A stretch of DNA of 64,000 nucleotides from Candidatus Magasanikiibacteriota bacterium (lineage in GTDB: Bacteria > Patescibacteriota > Patescibacteriia > Magasanikbacterales > GWA2-37-8), in the NCBI GenBank assembly GCA_963802255.1, contig CAWDHY010000001.1, forward strand, positions 555,842 to 619,841, in the 5' to 3' direction. The notes under the pieces are model-generated. The model worked only from the letters and a program-made list of their open reading frames with translations, ran no database searches and was not told the origin of the DNA. Every line of letters starts with the position of its first letter. Position 1 is the stretch's first letter. The position numbers and the translations under genes are program-made. Shown one piece after another: positions 41,149-51,062 of this stretch.

Positions 41149-41541
41149 CTACAACAGCCTCCTGATCCCATTGGCATCTCCCTTTTCGCCCGATACGGCG
41201 CAAACTCGAGGCCAGCTATTTCTGACACGGGCCGGTATGGGCAGGTACTTTTTCAGAATTCTGAGCTGGTGCAGGTTCTCGGACACCTCTTTTTCTGACA
41301 GCACTCCGTTCCGGACAAAGAAGAAAACATCCAGCCACAAATCTTTGGCCGGAGCGTCGTTCCCGCTCTCCCTTTCCGGACAATTTCGCCTGCCAGAAGC
41401 AATTTCAATCAGATCGCTAAGCGCCATCTTCACCTCCCTTTCCGAAATTTCCCTGCGGCCCATTGCGCCGCGAATTTCACGCCATTCACCATATGCTGTT
41501 TCTTTGCCAACCTTTACGAGCAACGACATCATCCTCGCCAT
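41149..41541 (-). CDS. Orphan hypothetical protein
   Basis: GGAGG SD before ATG 41541 (MARMMS...); GC-richer than flanks; hairpin at about 41076-41124 downstream. Confidence 0.55.
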   Translation of the reverse strand: MARMMSLLVKVGKETAYGEWREIRGAMGRREISEREVKMALSDLIEIASGRRNCPERESGNDAPAKDLWLDVFFFVRNGVLSEKEVSENLHQLRILKKYLPIPARVRNSWPRVCAVSGEKGDANGIRRLL

Positions 41542-41676
41542 AGTGCACCTCCATTCTTGGGCGAAGTCTAATAGTTTTTCACGCACCATTACGCGAAAAA
41601 CCAAAAAAAAGAGCTATTAATAATATAGCACTTTTTTAGATTCGAGACAAAAATTTGACAATAACAAATTAAAAAA

Positions 41677-42597
41677 TTATGGATTATTTGCCAACTCATG
41701 AATCAGCCAGGTGTCACCATTCTTTTCTACGGTAACCCACCGCATATTAATACCCTGATTCCATCCATATTGTTCGCCGGCGTCGGTGGATTTTATCTCC
41801 AAATCGGCCTTAAAAACTTGACGCACAGACGTCCACTCTTCCTCATAAACCGGTTCCATATTTTTAATCTTTAGCGCCTGAATAGTATTGAAATTAACAC
41901 CCCAGCCTTGCTTGGTATCAGCATTTGCATCCATCATTTTCAACGCTTCATCAACATTTTTTTCTGAAAGGTAATCAAAAAATTTCCTCACCACTTCTAT
42001 CTGATTAGCTGACTGCGAAACCTTGGGAATCCCCTTTTTAATAATACCCGCGATTTTTACAGCAAAATTAATAATTTCCTCTTCGCTTAAAACCTTATTC
42101 GAACTGCGATTTATGGAAAAAAAATGATTTTCATCTATCACCAGGTATACTTCATTTATTATTCCGTCTTCCTGAATAACCAAAAAATGCTCCATCGGAA
42201 TTTTTGGATCTGTTGTTATGGTCCTATCCAAAAACTCATGCGATTTTTTTTGATTTTCAATCGATAAATTTTCGTAATTTAAACTAAAATACAGTCCGCC
42301 GGGTGACACCTTATTATTCGGCAATTTATAATAATCGTCTGAATACTCAGTAAAATACTGACAATATGCCCCATTATTCTTTAATTCAGTTTTAACAATC
42401 TGTTTGCCTGAAGCTTCCTCAATAATTTCCGCTGAGAATTGTCCGCACATATCCCGAATCTCAATTTCACCTCGATTACCAATGCCATTATCATCTAAGA
42501 CTGCTCCTTTATCATTTCGTCCGCAACCGGCGCCCATAAAAATCAAAACACAAAAAATAAATGTGGTAAAAGCGCTTAACTGTAAAAATTTTTTCAT
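41677..42597 (-). CDS. Two-domain lipoprotein (GAGC lipobox)
   Basis: MKKFLQ...FMGAGC; N-domain similar to the 59488-60060 product. Confidence 0.75.
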   Translation of the reverse strand: MKKFLQLSAFTTFIFCVLIFMGAGCGRNDKGAVLDDNGIGNRGEIEIRDMCGQFSAEIIEEASGKQIVKTELKNNGAYCQYFTEYSDDYYKLPNNKVSPGGLYFSLNYENLSIENQKKSHEFLDRTITTDPKIPMEHFLVIQEDGIINEVYLVIDENHFFSINRSSNKVLSEEEIINFAVKIAGIIKKGIPKVSQSANQIEVVRKFFDYLSEKNVDEALKMMDANADTKQGWGVNFNTIQALKIKNMEPVYEEEWTSVRQVFKADLEIKSTDAGEQYGWNQGINMRWVTVEKNGDTWLIHELANNP

Positions 42598-42666
42598 AAA
42601 ATATGAAAATAATAAATATGCTGTAATAATTAAAAGTATCCCCAACTTTATCACTTGCCTCAATCG

Positions 42667-42751
42667 CGGAAGGAGAGGGATTCGAACCCTCGAAACCTTT
42701 CGGTTTACACGCTTTCCAAGCGTGCGCCATCGACCACTAGGCGACCCTTCC
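42667..42751 (-). tRNA. tRNA-Ser(GGA)
   Basis: GGAAGGG acceptor, CACGC-TTGGAAA-GCGTG anticodon arm, long variable arm, GGTTCGAATCC T-loop, G discriminator; CCA not encoded. Confidence 0.96.
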
Positions 42752-43531
42752 TGATATATTTTTATGCCGTCTGATTCTATCCCAAATTAAGCCGGAAGTC
42801 AATAAAATAAACAATGCTATCATGCCCCATTGGGCCGGAGTTAACATCGCAAAACGTACATCAGAAACGGTTAAATCATAAGCTCTAAAAAAATCCAGAT
42901 TGAATCGTACGACTGAATACATTAAAAAAGAATACGCTAATACATGACCGGGTTGATGAATACATTTTTTACGCAATAAAATAAATATCAAAAAAATAGT
43001 AAAAGATAACAGTGATTCAAGCAACCCCAAATCTAAACGCGCTCCGCCCGGAAACGCAACCGATAAAAAACTGCCGGATAAAATCCCAATATGATCATGT
43101 ATCATAAAACAACCAAGCCGGCCAATCCCCCATCCCAGCCATAATCCAAGGACCAAGACATCTCCATAGGCTAAAAAATTAGCCAAATTCCACTTACGAA
43201 ATCTTGAGTAAATAAAAGCGGCTATACCGGCACCAAAGAACCCGCCAAGAGAAGATGCGCCACCATGCCAAATCATAAATATTTCAGATGGGTTTTGCAA
43301 AAAAAATAACGGATTATAAAATAAAACATAAAATAAACGTCCGCCAATCAACCCCGAGAGGAGTATCCAAAAAAATAAATCTAAGATAGCATCATCGGAT
43401 AAATTTTGTGTTCGAGCAATTTTTCGTGCGATAACAAGGGCGGCAAGGGCGCCAGCCGACACAAAAAGGCCCCAGACCTGCAACGTCACGGGACCGATGT
43501 TAATTGTGTTTAAAAAGAAATATGGTATCAT
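42737..43531 (-). CDS. lgt: Prolipoprotein diacylglyceryl transferase
   Basis: IGGRLFYV, IWHGGASSLGG, GIGRLGCF, VRFNLDFFR. Confidence 0.88.
   Translation of the reverse strand: MIPYFFLNTINIGPVTLQVWGLFVSAGALAALVIARKIARTQNLSDDAILDLFFWILLSGLIGGRLFYVLFYNPLFFLQNPSEIFMIWHGGASSLGGFFGAGIAAFIYSRFRKWNLANFLAYGDVLVLGLWLGWGIGRLGCFMIHDHIGILSGSFLSVAFPGGARLDLGLLESLLSFTIFLIFILLRKKCIHQPGHVLAYSFLMYSVVRFNLDFFRAYDLTVSDVRFAMLTPAQWGMIALFILLTSGLIWDRIRRHKNISGRVA
42774..42802 (-). promoter_or_regulatory. tRNA-Ser promoter inside the lgt coding sequence
   Basis: TTGACT-N17-TAGAAT about 22 nt upstream of the tRNA 5' end. Confidence 0.7.
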
Positions 43532-44865
43532 CTTAATTTCGCGCAGTTAATAATATCAGACACACTGTCGGCAATATGGCATAATTCACGGTCGCTTTTG
43601 CCGATAGTTTTAAAATCTTTATACATCACATTTATAAAATCAACCAATGGCTGCCAAAATTCTCTGTCATACAGGCAAAGCGGCATGTGTTCAACTTTCC
43701 CCGTTTCAACAAGGGTCAGTAATTCAAACAGCTGGTGTAAGGTGCCAAAACCACCCGGGAAAAAGGTAAAACCGCTAGAGGGTGCAGTAATAATTAGTTT
43801 GCGGACGAAAGGAAATGTAAAACCAATAGTTCTTGTCATAAAATTATTCCGTCTTTCGACTCCTTTTACGCGCATATTAATCCCAATGCTCTCACCACCT
43901 GCTTCGAATGCTCCTTTGTTTGCGGCTTCCATAATACCCGGCCCCCCACCGGTAACAACCGCATATCCCAATTTTGACATTTCCTTGCCCAGTTCATGCG
44001 CCGCCTCATAATAGCGGGTGCCGGCCATAATACTTTTCGTTCCCAAAATTGTGGCGCTATTTTTTATCTGGGTTAAAAATTCAAAGCCATCTACAAGCTC
44101 CGCCATAATTCTAAATATCCGCCATTCCGCGTCACCCTTTGAATCAAATTGCGGACTATAATAATTCGGCCTGTCTTTTGCTTCTTTTATATATTCAAAA
44201 GCTTCTTTCGCGTCGTCAACCACGTACCATTTATCTATCTCCGCGTCAGTCAATGAGCCGACCAGTTTTCCTGACTTCTCTCGCAAAAAACTAATAATTG
44301 GCTTCCAAAAGTCACTTCCCACCAATACCACCGGAGATTCTTGCATATACCCTTGCTCCATCAGATCTACGACCTCAAAAAATTCATCCAGCGTGCCGAA
44401 ACCGCCGGGAAAAAATACAAAGGCATTGGCCGGTGATGTCAACATTACCTTTCTGGTAAAAAAATAATAGAATCCCGTTGATTTTTTTACATAAGGATTG
44501 GTGCGTTGCTCAAACGGTAATTGAATATTTAGACCGACCGATTCTCCCCCCGCTTCATAGGCTCCGCGATTCCCCGCCTCCATAATACCGGGGCCACCAC
44601 CTGTAATTGTGGTAAAACCATTTTTTCCCAATAAGTGACCAAGGTCCACGGCGATCTTGTAATATTTTGTATTCGGTTCCAAACGGGCAGATCCCAAAAT
44701 AGTTACTTCATTCTTTAATTCACCTAAAAATTGAAATCCTTCGACAAATTCCGACATTATTTTAAAAATCCGCCATGATTCACGGTATTCCACCACTGCT
44801 CCGGCGGTAATTAATTTTTGCGGATTCTCGCCTGAATCCTGTGCTGGTTCTTGAATTTTTTTCAT
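43528..44865 (-). CDS. Tandem double-domain LOG-family (TIGR00730-like) nucleotide phosphoribohydrolase
   Basis: Two repeats of WRIF.IM.E, TGGGPGIMEA.N.GA, PGGFGTL. Confidence 0.88.
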   Translation of the reverse strand: MKKIQEPAQDSGENPQKLITAGAVVEYRESWRIFKIMSEFVEGFQFLGELKNEVTILGSARLEPNTKYYKIAVDLGHLLGKNGFTTITGGGPGIMEAGNRGAYEAGGESVGLNIQLPFEQRTNPYVKKSTGFYYFFTRKVMLTSPANAFVFFPGGFGTLDEFFEVVDLMEQGYMQESPVVLVGSDFWKPIISFLREKSGKLVGSLTDAEIDKWYVVDDAKEAFEYIKEAKDRPNYYSPQFDSKGDAEWRIFRIMAELVDGFEFLTQIKNSATILGTKSIMAGTRYYEAAHELGKEMSKLGYAVVTGGGPGIMEAANKGAFEAGGESIGINMRVKGVERRNNFMTRTIGFTFPFVRKLIITAPSSGFTFFPGGFGTLHQLFELLTLVETGKVEHMPLCLYDREFWQPLVDFINVMYKDFKTIGKSDRELCHIADSVSDIINCAKLR

Positions 44866-44876
44866 AAAAAAATTGA

Positions 44877-46301
44877 TTATTTTTCAAGTGAATGACCAAC
44901 GCGCAATATTGCAGATTCATTCATGCGTGCACCTATAATCTGTACGCCGATGGGCAAGCCTGACTTAGTCTCACCTGCGGGTAAAGACAGCGCGGGTAAA
45001 CCGGCCACTGCAGCCGGAGAAACCATTACATCGGATAAATATAGTGAGAGCGGATCATTTACCAATTCTCCAATATCAAAAGCAGGGCTCGGTGTTGTTG
45101 GTGTAATCAGTGCGTCAACTTTATTAAACACTTGATCAAAATCTCGCCTGATTAATGTCCTCACTTTCTGGGCTTTTTTATAGTAGGCGTCATAATATCC
45201 GGCCGATAACGCATAAGTGCCGATGAGAATACGCCGTTTTACCTCCTCCGGGAATCCATTCGCTCGAGATTTTGCATATAAATCAAACAATTTTTTTGTT
45301 TTTATTCTATCCCCATAGCGCACTCCATCAAGACGAGCCAAATTTGAGCTATCTTCACTCGGTACAATAATATAATAGACTGCGATAGCATATTTTGTAT
45401 GAGGCAAGCTGACCGGCACAATCTTACAGCCTAATTCCTTGAGTTTTTCAATTTGATTTTCCGTTGCCCCGATTATTTCTTTATCAATACCCTCCACATT
45501 AAAATATTCGGCCGGTACACCGATCTTCATCCCCTTAATATCTTTTTCAATCTCTTTTGAATAAATAGGTACCGGTTCATCAACAGTAGTGGCATCTTTC
45601 GGATCTTTACCTGCCATAACCTCCATCAGTAAAGCGACGTCTTCAACTGACTTTGCAATTGGCCCGACCGTATCAAGTGAAGATGCCATCGGCATAATTC
45701 CAAAACGAGAATTACGGCCATAGCTCGGACGCAAACCAACCACTCCGCAAAAAGCCGCCGGCTGACGGATTGACCCCCCGGTATCTTCAGCGATGGAAAA
45801 AATACACTCATTATCCGCTACTGCCGCGGCTGAACCCCCCGATGAACCACCTGCCACTTTTGATGTATTATGCGGATTGCGGACAGGCCCGTACATACTA
45901 TTCTCATTACTGGCGCCATGTCCAAAAGCATCACAATTATTTTTTCCGATAACCACACCTCCTGCATCGCGCAATTTTTTTATTACTGACGCATCATAAG
46001 ATGGAATAAAATTATCCAAAATTTTTGCCGCTCCGGTTGAACGAAGACCAACTGTGCAGATAGCGTCCTTTACCGCAAACGGAACGCCGGCGATCGCGCC
46101 GGCCTTTTTCTTTGATATCAAAACATCGGCTGTTTTCGCGTCAATCATCGCTTCTTCGGCACTTATTGAAATAAACGCATTTATTTCATCATTACGTTTA
46201 TTTATTCTTTTTAGACAGGCCTCCGTCAATTCAACAGAACTAAATTTCTTTTTTTTCAACCCTTCAACAGATTCTCTAATTGTCAGCTCATTTAAATTCA
46301 T
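44877..46301 (-). CDS. gatA: Glu/Asp-tRNA amidotransferase subunit A
   Basis: AVKD, GGSSGGSAAAVA, DTGGSIRQPA, EVKRRILIGTYALSAGYYDAYY. Confidence 0.97.
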   Translation of the reverse strand: MNLNELTIRESVEGLKKKKFSSVELTEACLKRINKRNDEINAFISISAEEAMIDAKTADVLISKKKAGAIAGVPFAVKDAICTVGLRSTGAAKILDNFIPSYDASVIKKLRDAGGVVIGKNNCDAFGHGASNENSMYGPVRNPHNTSKVAGGSSGGSAAAVADNECIFSIAEDTGGSIRQPAAFCGVVGLRPSYGRNSRFGIMPMASSLDTVGPIAKSVEDVALLMEVMAGKDPKDATTVDEPVPIYSKEIEKDIKGMKIGVPAEYFNVEGIDKEIIGATENQIEKLKELGCKIVPVSLPHTKYAIAVYYIIVPSEDSSNLARLDGVRYGDRIKTKKLFDLYAKSRANGFPEEVKRRILIGTYALSAGYYDAYYKKAQKVRTLIRRDFDQVFNKVDALITPTTPSPAFDIGELVNDPLSLYLSDVMVSPAAVAGLPALSLPAGETKSGLPIGVQIIGARMNESAILRVGHSLEK

Positions 46302-46303
46302 AT

Positions 46304-46603
46304 TTATGATTCTTCTTCAACAAACACTCCCGGCACCCTTAATTCACCGGCATAAACATCAGGCATTGCTTCAATCAATTCTTTCCTGTTAGGCGATGTA
46401 ATTGATTCGTCGGCGCGTACTACATTTATGAGACCGGTTACCTGCTCAGTCGCCTCTACGCCAGAAGTATCAACCTCGTTCAAAACCTTCATATATTCCA
46501 AAACCGCCGAAATTGTTTCGGCGTAACGGCGCTCTTCCTCACCCGTCAATTCAAGGCGGGCCAGAGAAGCGATTTTCTTAATTTCATCTAGTGTTAAAAC
46601 CAT
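46304..46603 (-). CDS. gatC: Glu/Asp-tRNA amidotransferase subunit C
   Basis: IASLARLEL..LNEVDTSGVE..RAD..VPGV; directly upstream of gatA. Confidence 0.93.
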   Translation of the reverse strand: MVLTLDEIKKIASLARLELTGEEERRYAETISAVLEYMKVLNEVDTSGVEATEQVTGLINVVRADESITSPNRKELIEAMPDVYAGELRVPGVFVEEES

Positions 46604-46653
46604 AAATAGCCCCTAAACTATACCAAAAATACCGGGGCGCCGCAACCCGTTTG

Positions 46654-47022
46654 CTACTCCCCAAGCTTATCTTTAACGAGCTTTATCACATCTTTAATAT
46701 TCCAATCAGCTTTAACCAGATAATCAAACGACTTGTGTTTAACCGCTTCAGCCACTTTTTCATTATCACTCAGATTCGTCAGTAAAATAACTTTAACGTC
46801 TTTACCCCAACTGTCCTGACGCAGTTTCTCAAGCATGGTCATGCCGTCCATTTTTGGCATAATGATATCCAGCAAAATAAGGTCAGGGTGAAATTTAAGT
46901 GACATTTCCAGGCCTTCTTCACCATCACGCGCTACTTTTACATCAATTTTTTCCTCTTTGAGCTGCGATGATAGTATATCTGACAACTCAATTTCATCTT
47001 CTACTATAAGCACTTTTTTCAT
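46654..47022 (-). CDS. Single-domain response regulator (receiver only)
   Basis: LIVEDE, LLDIIMPKMDG, LTN, YLVK. Confidence 0.93.
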   Translation of the reverse strand: MKKVLIVEDEIELSDILSSQLKEEKIDVKVARDGEEGLEMSLKFHPDLILLDIIMPKMDGMTMLEKLRQDSWGKDVKVILLTNLSDNEKVAEAVKHKSFDYLVKADWNIKDVIKLVKDKLGE

Positions 47023-47083
47023 ATGAATAAATATTATTTCTTAATCCATAAAAAATAGATCAAGAAGACTCCTGATCAGGGAA

Positions 47084-50000
47084 TCATTTTTTAGGTAACT
47101 CAAAATAAAATGTTGTACCAATATTTTCACCGGATTCAAACCAAATTTTACCGCCATGACCTTCAACAATAGCTTTCACGATATACAAACCGAGTCCCGT
47201 CCCCGCCTTGCCTGAATTTGTTACATTGTCAGCACGAAAAAATTTCTCATAAATGCGGTTTTGCTGTTTCAGCGGTATTCCCATACCGATATCTTTAACA
47301 ATAAAGATATTACTGCCGGTTCCCGGCTTTGTTTCGACTTTTATCTTTCCTCCTGGATTGGAGTATCTGACGGCATTATTTATTAAATTCTGAAACACCT
47401 GATATAGCTTCTCTTCGTCAACCATCATCAAAAGATGCTCCGGCCAGTTAATAAGCTCAATTTTAACATCATTTTGTACAACTGTTGCTGATTGATCAGA
47501 AATTACGCGACGCACAATTGAAGTTATATCCGACTTCTTTTTTTCTATGGCGAATTTTTTCCCTGTCTCGATTCTGGACACATTTAACAAGTCATTCACC
47601 AATCGTACCATTTTCAAGCTACCACTGTATATTCTGTGTACATAATCTGTTTGTTTCTTCGTCAATTCCTTTTTATCAGAAAGCAAAAGTTCCGTATACC
47701 ATTTCATCGAGGTTAAAGGCGTGCGGAGTTGATGAGAGGCAATTGAGACAAACTCTGTTTTCATCCGGTCGATTTCTTTCGCCCGTGTTATATCCTTTTC
47801 AATGCTTAGGAAAAAAATAATCTCACCATTGTCATCAAAAACCGGAGAAATGTGAACTTCAGCATCATAAATTTCGCCATCTTTTCTCTTGTTTTTTAAC
47901 TCGCCCTGATAAACTTTCTTTTCGTCTTTTATTGTCTGCCACATTTTTTGATAAAAATCCTTACTCATCTGACCTCCCCACAATTCGCCCGGGTCAAACC
48001 CGATTATCTCGTCTACTTTAAAACCTGTAATTTTCTCAGTGGCTTTATTAGCAAATAATATTTTCGCTTCAGCATCGGTAATTACAATAAGGTCCGAAGC
48101 CCCTTCAACAGCCAGTTTAAACTTTTCCAGGTCTTTGGCTAAAGATTCAGAAACATTTTTTTCTTTTTCTATGTCCTCGAGCACATTCATCATTGCTTTT
48201 TTTGTCTTTTCAACTTCAACAACTCTTTTTTGCAAATCATCCTCAACTTGTTTCCGTTTCGTAACATCCTTTAAAAAATTAAGCGTCGCCGGCCTGCCTG
48301 CCCACATGATTAAAACCGCGTTTATTTCCACCCACTTCACATTGCCAGATTTGTCAATAATTCTAAAGGTATAAGGCGTCTCTAATTTTTCACCCAACAA
48401 TCTTTTCTGATGTCGTTCGGCAACCATTTTTCTGTCATCCGGATGAATAATTTCTATAAAAGATTTTTTTGCAAATTCTTTTTCAGAAAAACCTGTAACT
48501 TGAATGACCTGACGATTAAAAAATTTAAACACCCCATCTTGAACGACGACAATCGACTCGGTGGCATTGTCAACGACATTTCTATAACGCTCTTCACTCA
48601 AGCGCAAATTTTCCGACGCCTTTTTCTTTTCTGTTATATCATCAATACTAGAAAGCACAATCTTTTCATTTCCAACTGTAACCAAATCTGCAAAAAAATT
48701 GCCGATAATAATTTCTCCGGATTTTTTTCTGAACTGGACTTCTCTATTTTTCACAGAAATGCCATTTTTTAAATCATCAACAATTTTTTTCCTCTCATTA
48801 AAATTGACCCATAGAGTCAGCTCTTCGGTTGTCTTACCGATTACTTCGGCCCGCGAATAGCCAGACAGCTTAAATAAGGCCTCATTTGCATCAATAATCT
48901 TCCCATCGGTCGGGCGTGTCATAATTTTAGCATAAGGAGATGTTTCAAAAGCTTTTGAAAACTTTTCTTCGCTCATTCTTATCTTCTCTTCCGTCAGCAA
49001 ACGACTGGTCACATCTTGTCCGGTAGATAAAACTCCGATGATTTTTCCACTTTCATCCCTTAAGACTTGGTTAAACCATTCAATGCTAATTTCACTTCCT
49101 GATTTAGTAAGGATGGAATTTATTAATCCTCTCACCGGGGTGCCTTCTTTAACACTTAAGAAGACATTTTTAATTTTAGCCCGGTCTCTATCGGGTAAAA
49201 ATTTTGCAAACCAATTCACGCCTTTTACTTCATCAATCTTATAACCTGATATTTTCTCAAAATAAGGATTTATGGAAACCACGTTTCCTTCTGCATCCAA
49301 AACGAGTATAACAACCTGTGAAGTGTCAAGAATGTTTTGCGAAAAATCCCGTTCCTTTCTAAGTTCATTTTCAATTATTTTACGGCTGGTAATATCACGG
49401 GCAATGCCAAGCACCATTGATTTACCGTCTATTTTTACCGGATGAGTGCTGATTTCAACAAAAATAGAAGTCCTGTCCTTTTTTACGAGAGTAAATTCAT
49501 CCGGACCGGTGGATTCACCTTTAATATTTTTAGCCAACAAAGACAATATTTTTGCTTTTTGTCCGGGAGCAACAAGCTCTCTCAAGTTAATAAAGCGACT
49601 TCCTATCAATTCACGCCTATCATAACCGGTAATCTTTTCAGCCTCCTTATTACCGTTAATAATTGTTCCTTTTAAATCGCTGAGGTAATAAGCATCCGGT
49701 GCATCCTCAAACATTACCCTCAGCCGTTCATTAGTATTTTTTAACTCTTTTTCCGCCATTTTTCTTTCCGTTATATCACGTATTATCCCCGTAAAATTCA
49801 TCAAACGTCTCCTCTCATCAAATATCGGCTTTCCATACTCTTCAGCATAAAAAAACGTTCCATCACTTTTGATTAAGCGAAATGTTGTAGTAAATAATTC
49901 ACCTGAATCAATGGTTTTTTGCATCTCAAACAAAATTTTCTTTCGGTCGTCCTTATGTACAAATTTTAAAATATTAGAGCCGACAACATCTTCAACTCTG

Positions 50001-51049
50001 TAACCCCAAAGCGTTACGTTGGGGCTGACGAAAATAATTTTTCCTTTAGAGTCAAAAGAATAAATAATATCTAATGTATTTTCCAAAATTGTTCTATAAC
50101 GCTCCTCACTTCGAAAAAGACTTTCTTCAGCCTGGAACTTTTTTATTGCGCTGCCCAGTTCTCTGCTGATTGAAAAAAGTACCTCTTTGTCACTAGCCGA
50201 CACTGTGTGACTTTTTTTACTGGCCACATTCAGAGCGCCGATAATTTCATTACCCGCCACAAGAGGCACGCTGACCAATGATTTAATACCACTCATTTTT
50301 GCTCCACTGGGAGAAATTCTTTCATAATGTTCGGTAATAATCGGTTCGCCTTTTATAAATACCGTATAATACGGTTTATCGGATATTTTTACTTCTCGCA
50401 CCGATTTTAAAAAACTTTCATTTAATTTTATACTGGCAACAACTTCAGCAGTATTATTTTTCTTATTTACCAAATATATTCCTCCTCCGAAGTAACCCAG
50501 AGTCTTAATTGTGGATAACAGCACAATTTTGAGCAAATCGATCAATTTATAGGAAGTGTTACTGGCAGAAATAATCTGATTTAATAGTGACAGTTTTCTT
50601 CTTTCAACATCCAATATGTGTTCAGTTTCAACACGTTCATTAATATTTCTAAAGGACAATACAATTACCGGGTGACCCGCATAAACTATCTTTTTCCCGA
50701 TATTTTCCACCCAGAGTATATTGCCTTTTGCCGTTAACAGCTTATATCTTTGAAAATAGCCGCCTCTACCCAATCGAACGCGTATCATATCCGATAAAAC
50801 AGCTTTCTTCGATTCATCGAATACAAGCGGAAGCAGACTCCTATTTATCCATTTATCAGGGTCGTCAATTTCAAGCATGCGTTGAGCCGCATCGTTAAAC
50901 ATAAGAATTCGACCCTTAAAATCAACAACAGCCACGCCGTCCAGCATGTTCTCAACTAATACCCGGTATTTTTCTTCGTTTCCGTTCATAAATTTTTCAG
51001 ACCGTTTCCGAGTTTTTTTCTTATGGTTATTGCCCAAAGCGGCAGCCAT
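47084..51049 (-). CDS. Cytoplasmic multi-PAS/GAF sensor histidine kinase
   Basis: About 7 PAS repeats plus GAF; ASHQLRTPL H-box, NLINNA, DIGMGI, GTGLGL. Confidence 0.93.
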   Translation of the reverse strand: MAAALGNNHKKKTRKRSEKFMNGNEEKYRVLVENMLDGVAVVDFKGRILMFNDAAQRMLEIDDPDKWINRSLLPLVFDESKKAVLSDMIRVRLGRGGYFQRYKLLTAKGNILWVENIGKKIVYAGHPVIVLSFRNINERVETEHILDVERRKLSLLNQIISASNTSYKLIDLLKIVLLSTIKTLGYFGGGIYLVNKKNNTAEVVASIKLNESFLKSVREVKISDKPYYTVFIKGEPIITEHYERISPSGAKMSGIKSLVSVPLVAGNEIIGALNVASKKSHTVSASDKEVLFSISRELGSAIKKFQAEESLFRSEERYRTILENTLDIIYSFDSKGKIIFVSPNVTLWGYRVEDVVGSNILKFVHKDDRKKILFEMQKTIDSGELFTTTFRLIKSDGTFFYAEEYGKPIFDERRRLMNFTGIIRDITERKMAEKELKNTNERLRVMFEDAPDAYYLSDLKGTIINGNKEAEKITGYDRRELIGSRFINLRELVAPGQKAKILSLLAKNIKGESTGPDEFTLVKKDRTSIFVEISTHPVKIDGKSMVLGIARDITSRKIIENELRKERDFSQNILDTSQVVILVLDAEGNVVSINPYFEKISGYKIDEVKGVNWFAKFLPDRDRAKIKNVFLSVKEGTPVRGLINSILTKSGSEISIEWFNQVLRDESGKIIGVLSTGQDVTSRLLTEEKIRMSEEKFSKAFETSPYAKIMTRPTDGKIIDANEALFKLSGYSRAEVIGKTTEELTLWVNFNERKKIVDDLKNGISVKNREVQFRKKSGEIIIGNFFADLVTVGNEKIVLSSIDDITEKKKASENLRLSEERYRNVVDNATESIVVVQDGVFKFFNRQVIQVTGFSEKEFAKKSFIEIIHPDDRKMVAERHQKRLLGEKLETPYTFRIIDKSGNVKWVEINAVLIMWAGRPATLNFLKDVTKRKQVEDDLQKRVVEVEKTKKAMMNVLEDIEKEKNVSESLAKDLEKFKLAVEGASDLIVITDAEAKILFANKATEKITGFKVDEIIGFDPGELWGGQMSKDFYQKMWQTIKDEKKVYQGELKNKRKDGEIYDAEVHISPVFDDNGEIIFFLSIEKDITRAKEIDRMKTEFVSIASHQLRTPLTSMKWYTELLLSDKKELTKKQTDYVHRIYSGSLKMVRLVNDLLNVSRIETGKKFAIEKKKSDITSIVRRVISDQSATVVQNDVKIELINWPEHLLMMVDEEKLYQVFQNLINNAVRYSNPGGKIKVETKPGTGSNIFIVKDIGMGIPLKQQNRIYEKFFRADNVTNSGKAGTGLGLYIVKAIVEGHGGKIWFESGENIGTTFYFELPKK

Positions 51050-51062
51050 ATTATTTCTTCTC

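Noticed and set aside
41149-42751. tRNA-integrated island
   Set aside because: Accessory genes follow the tRNA, but no integrase or duplicated tRNA 3' end was seen
44877-46603. Missing gatB as a novel amidotransferase
   Set aside because: gatB is often unlinked; absence cannot be judged from one window
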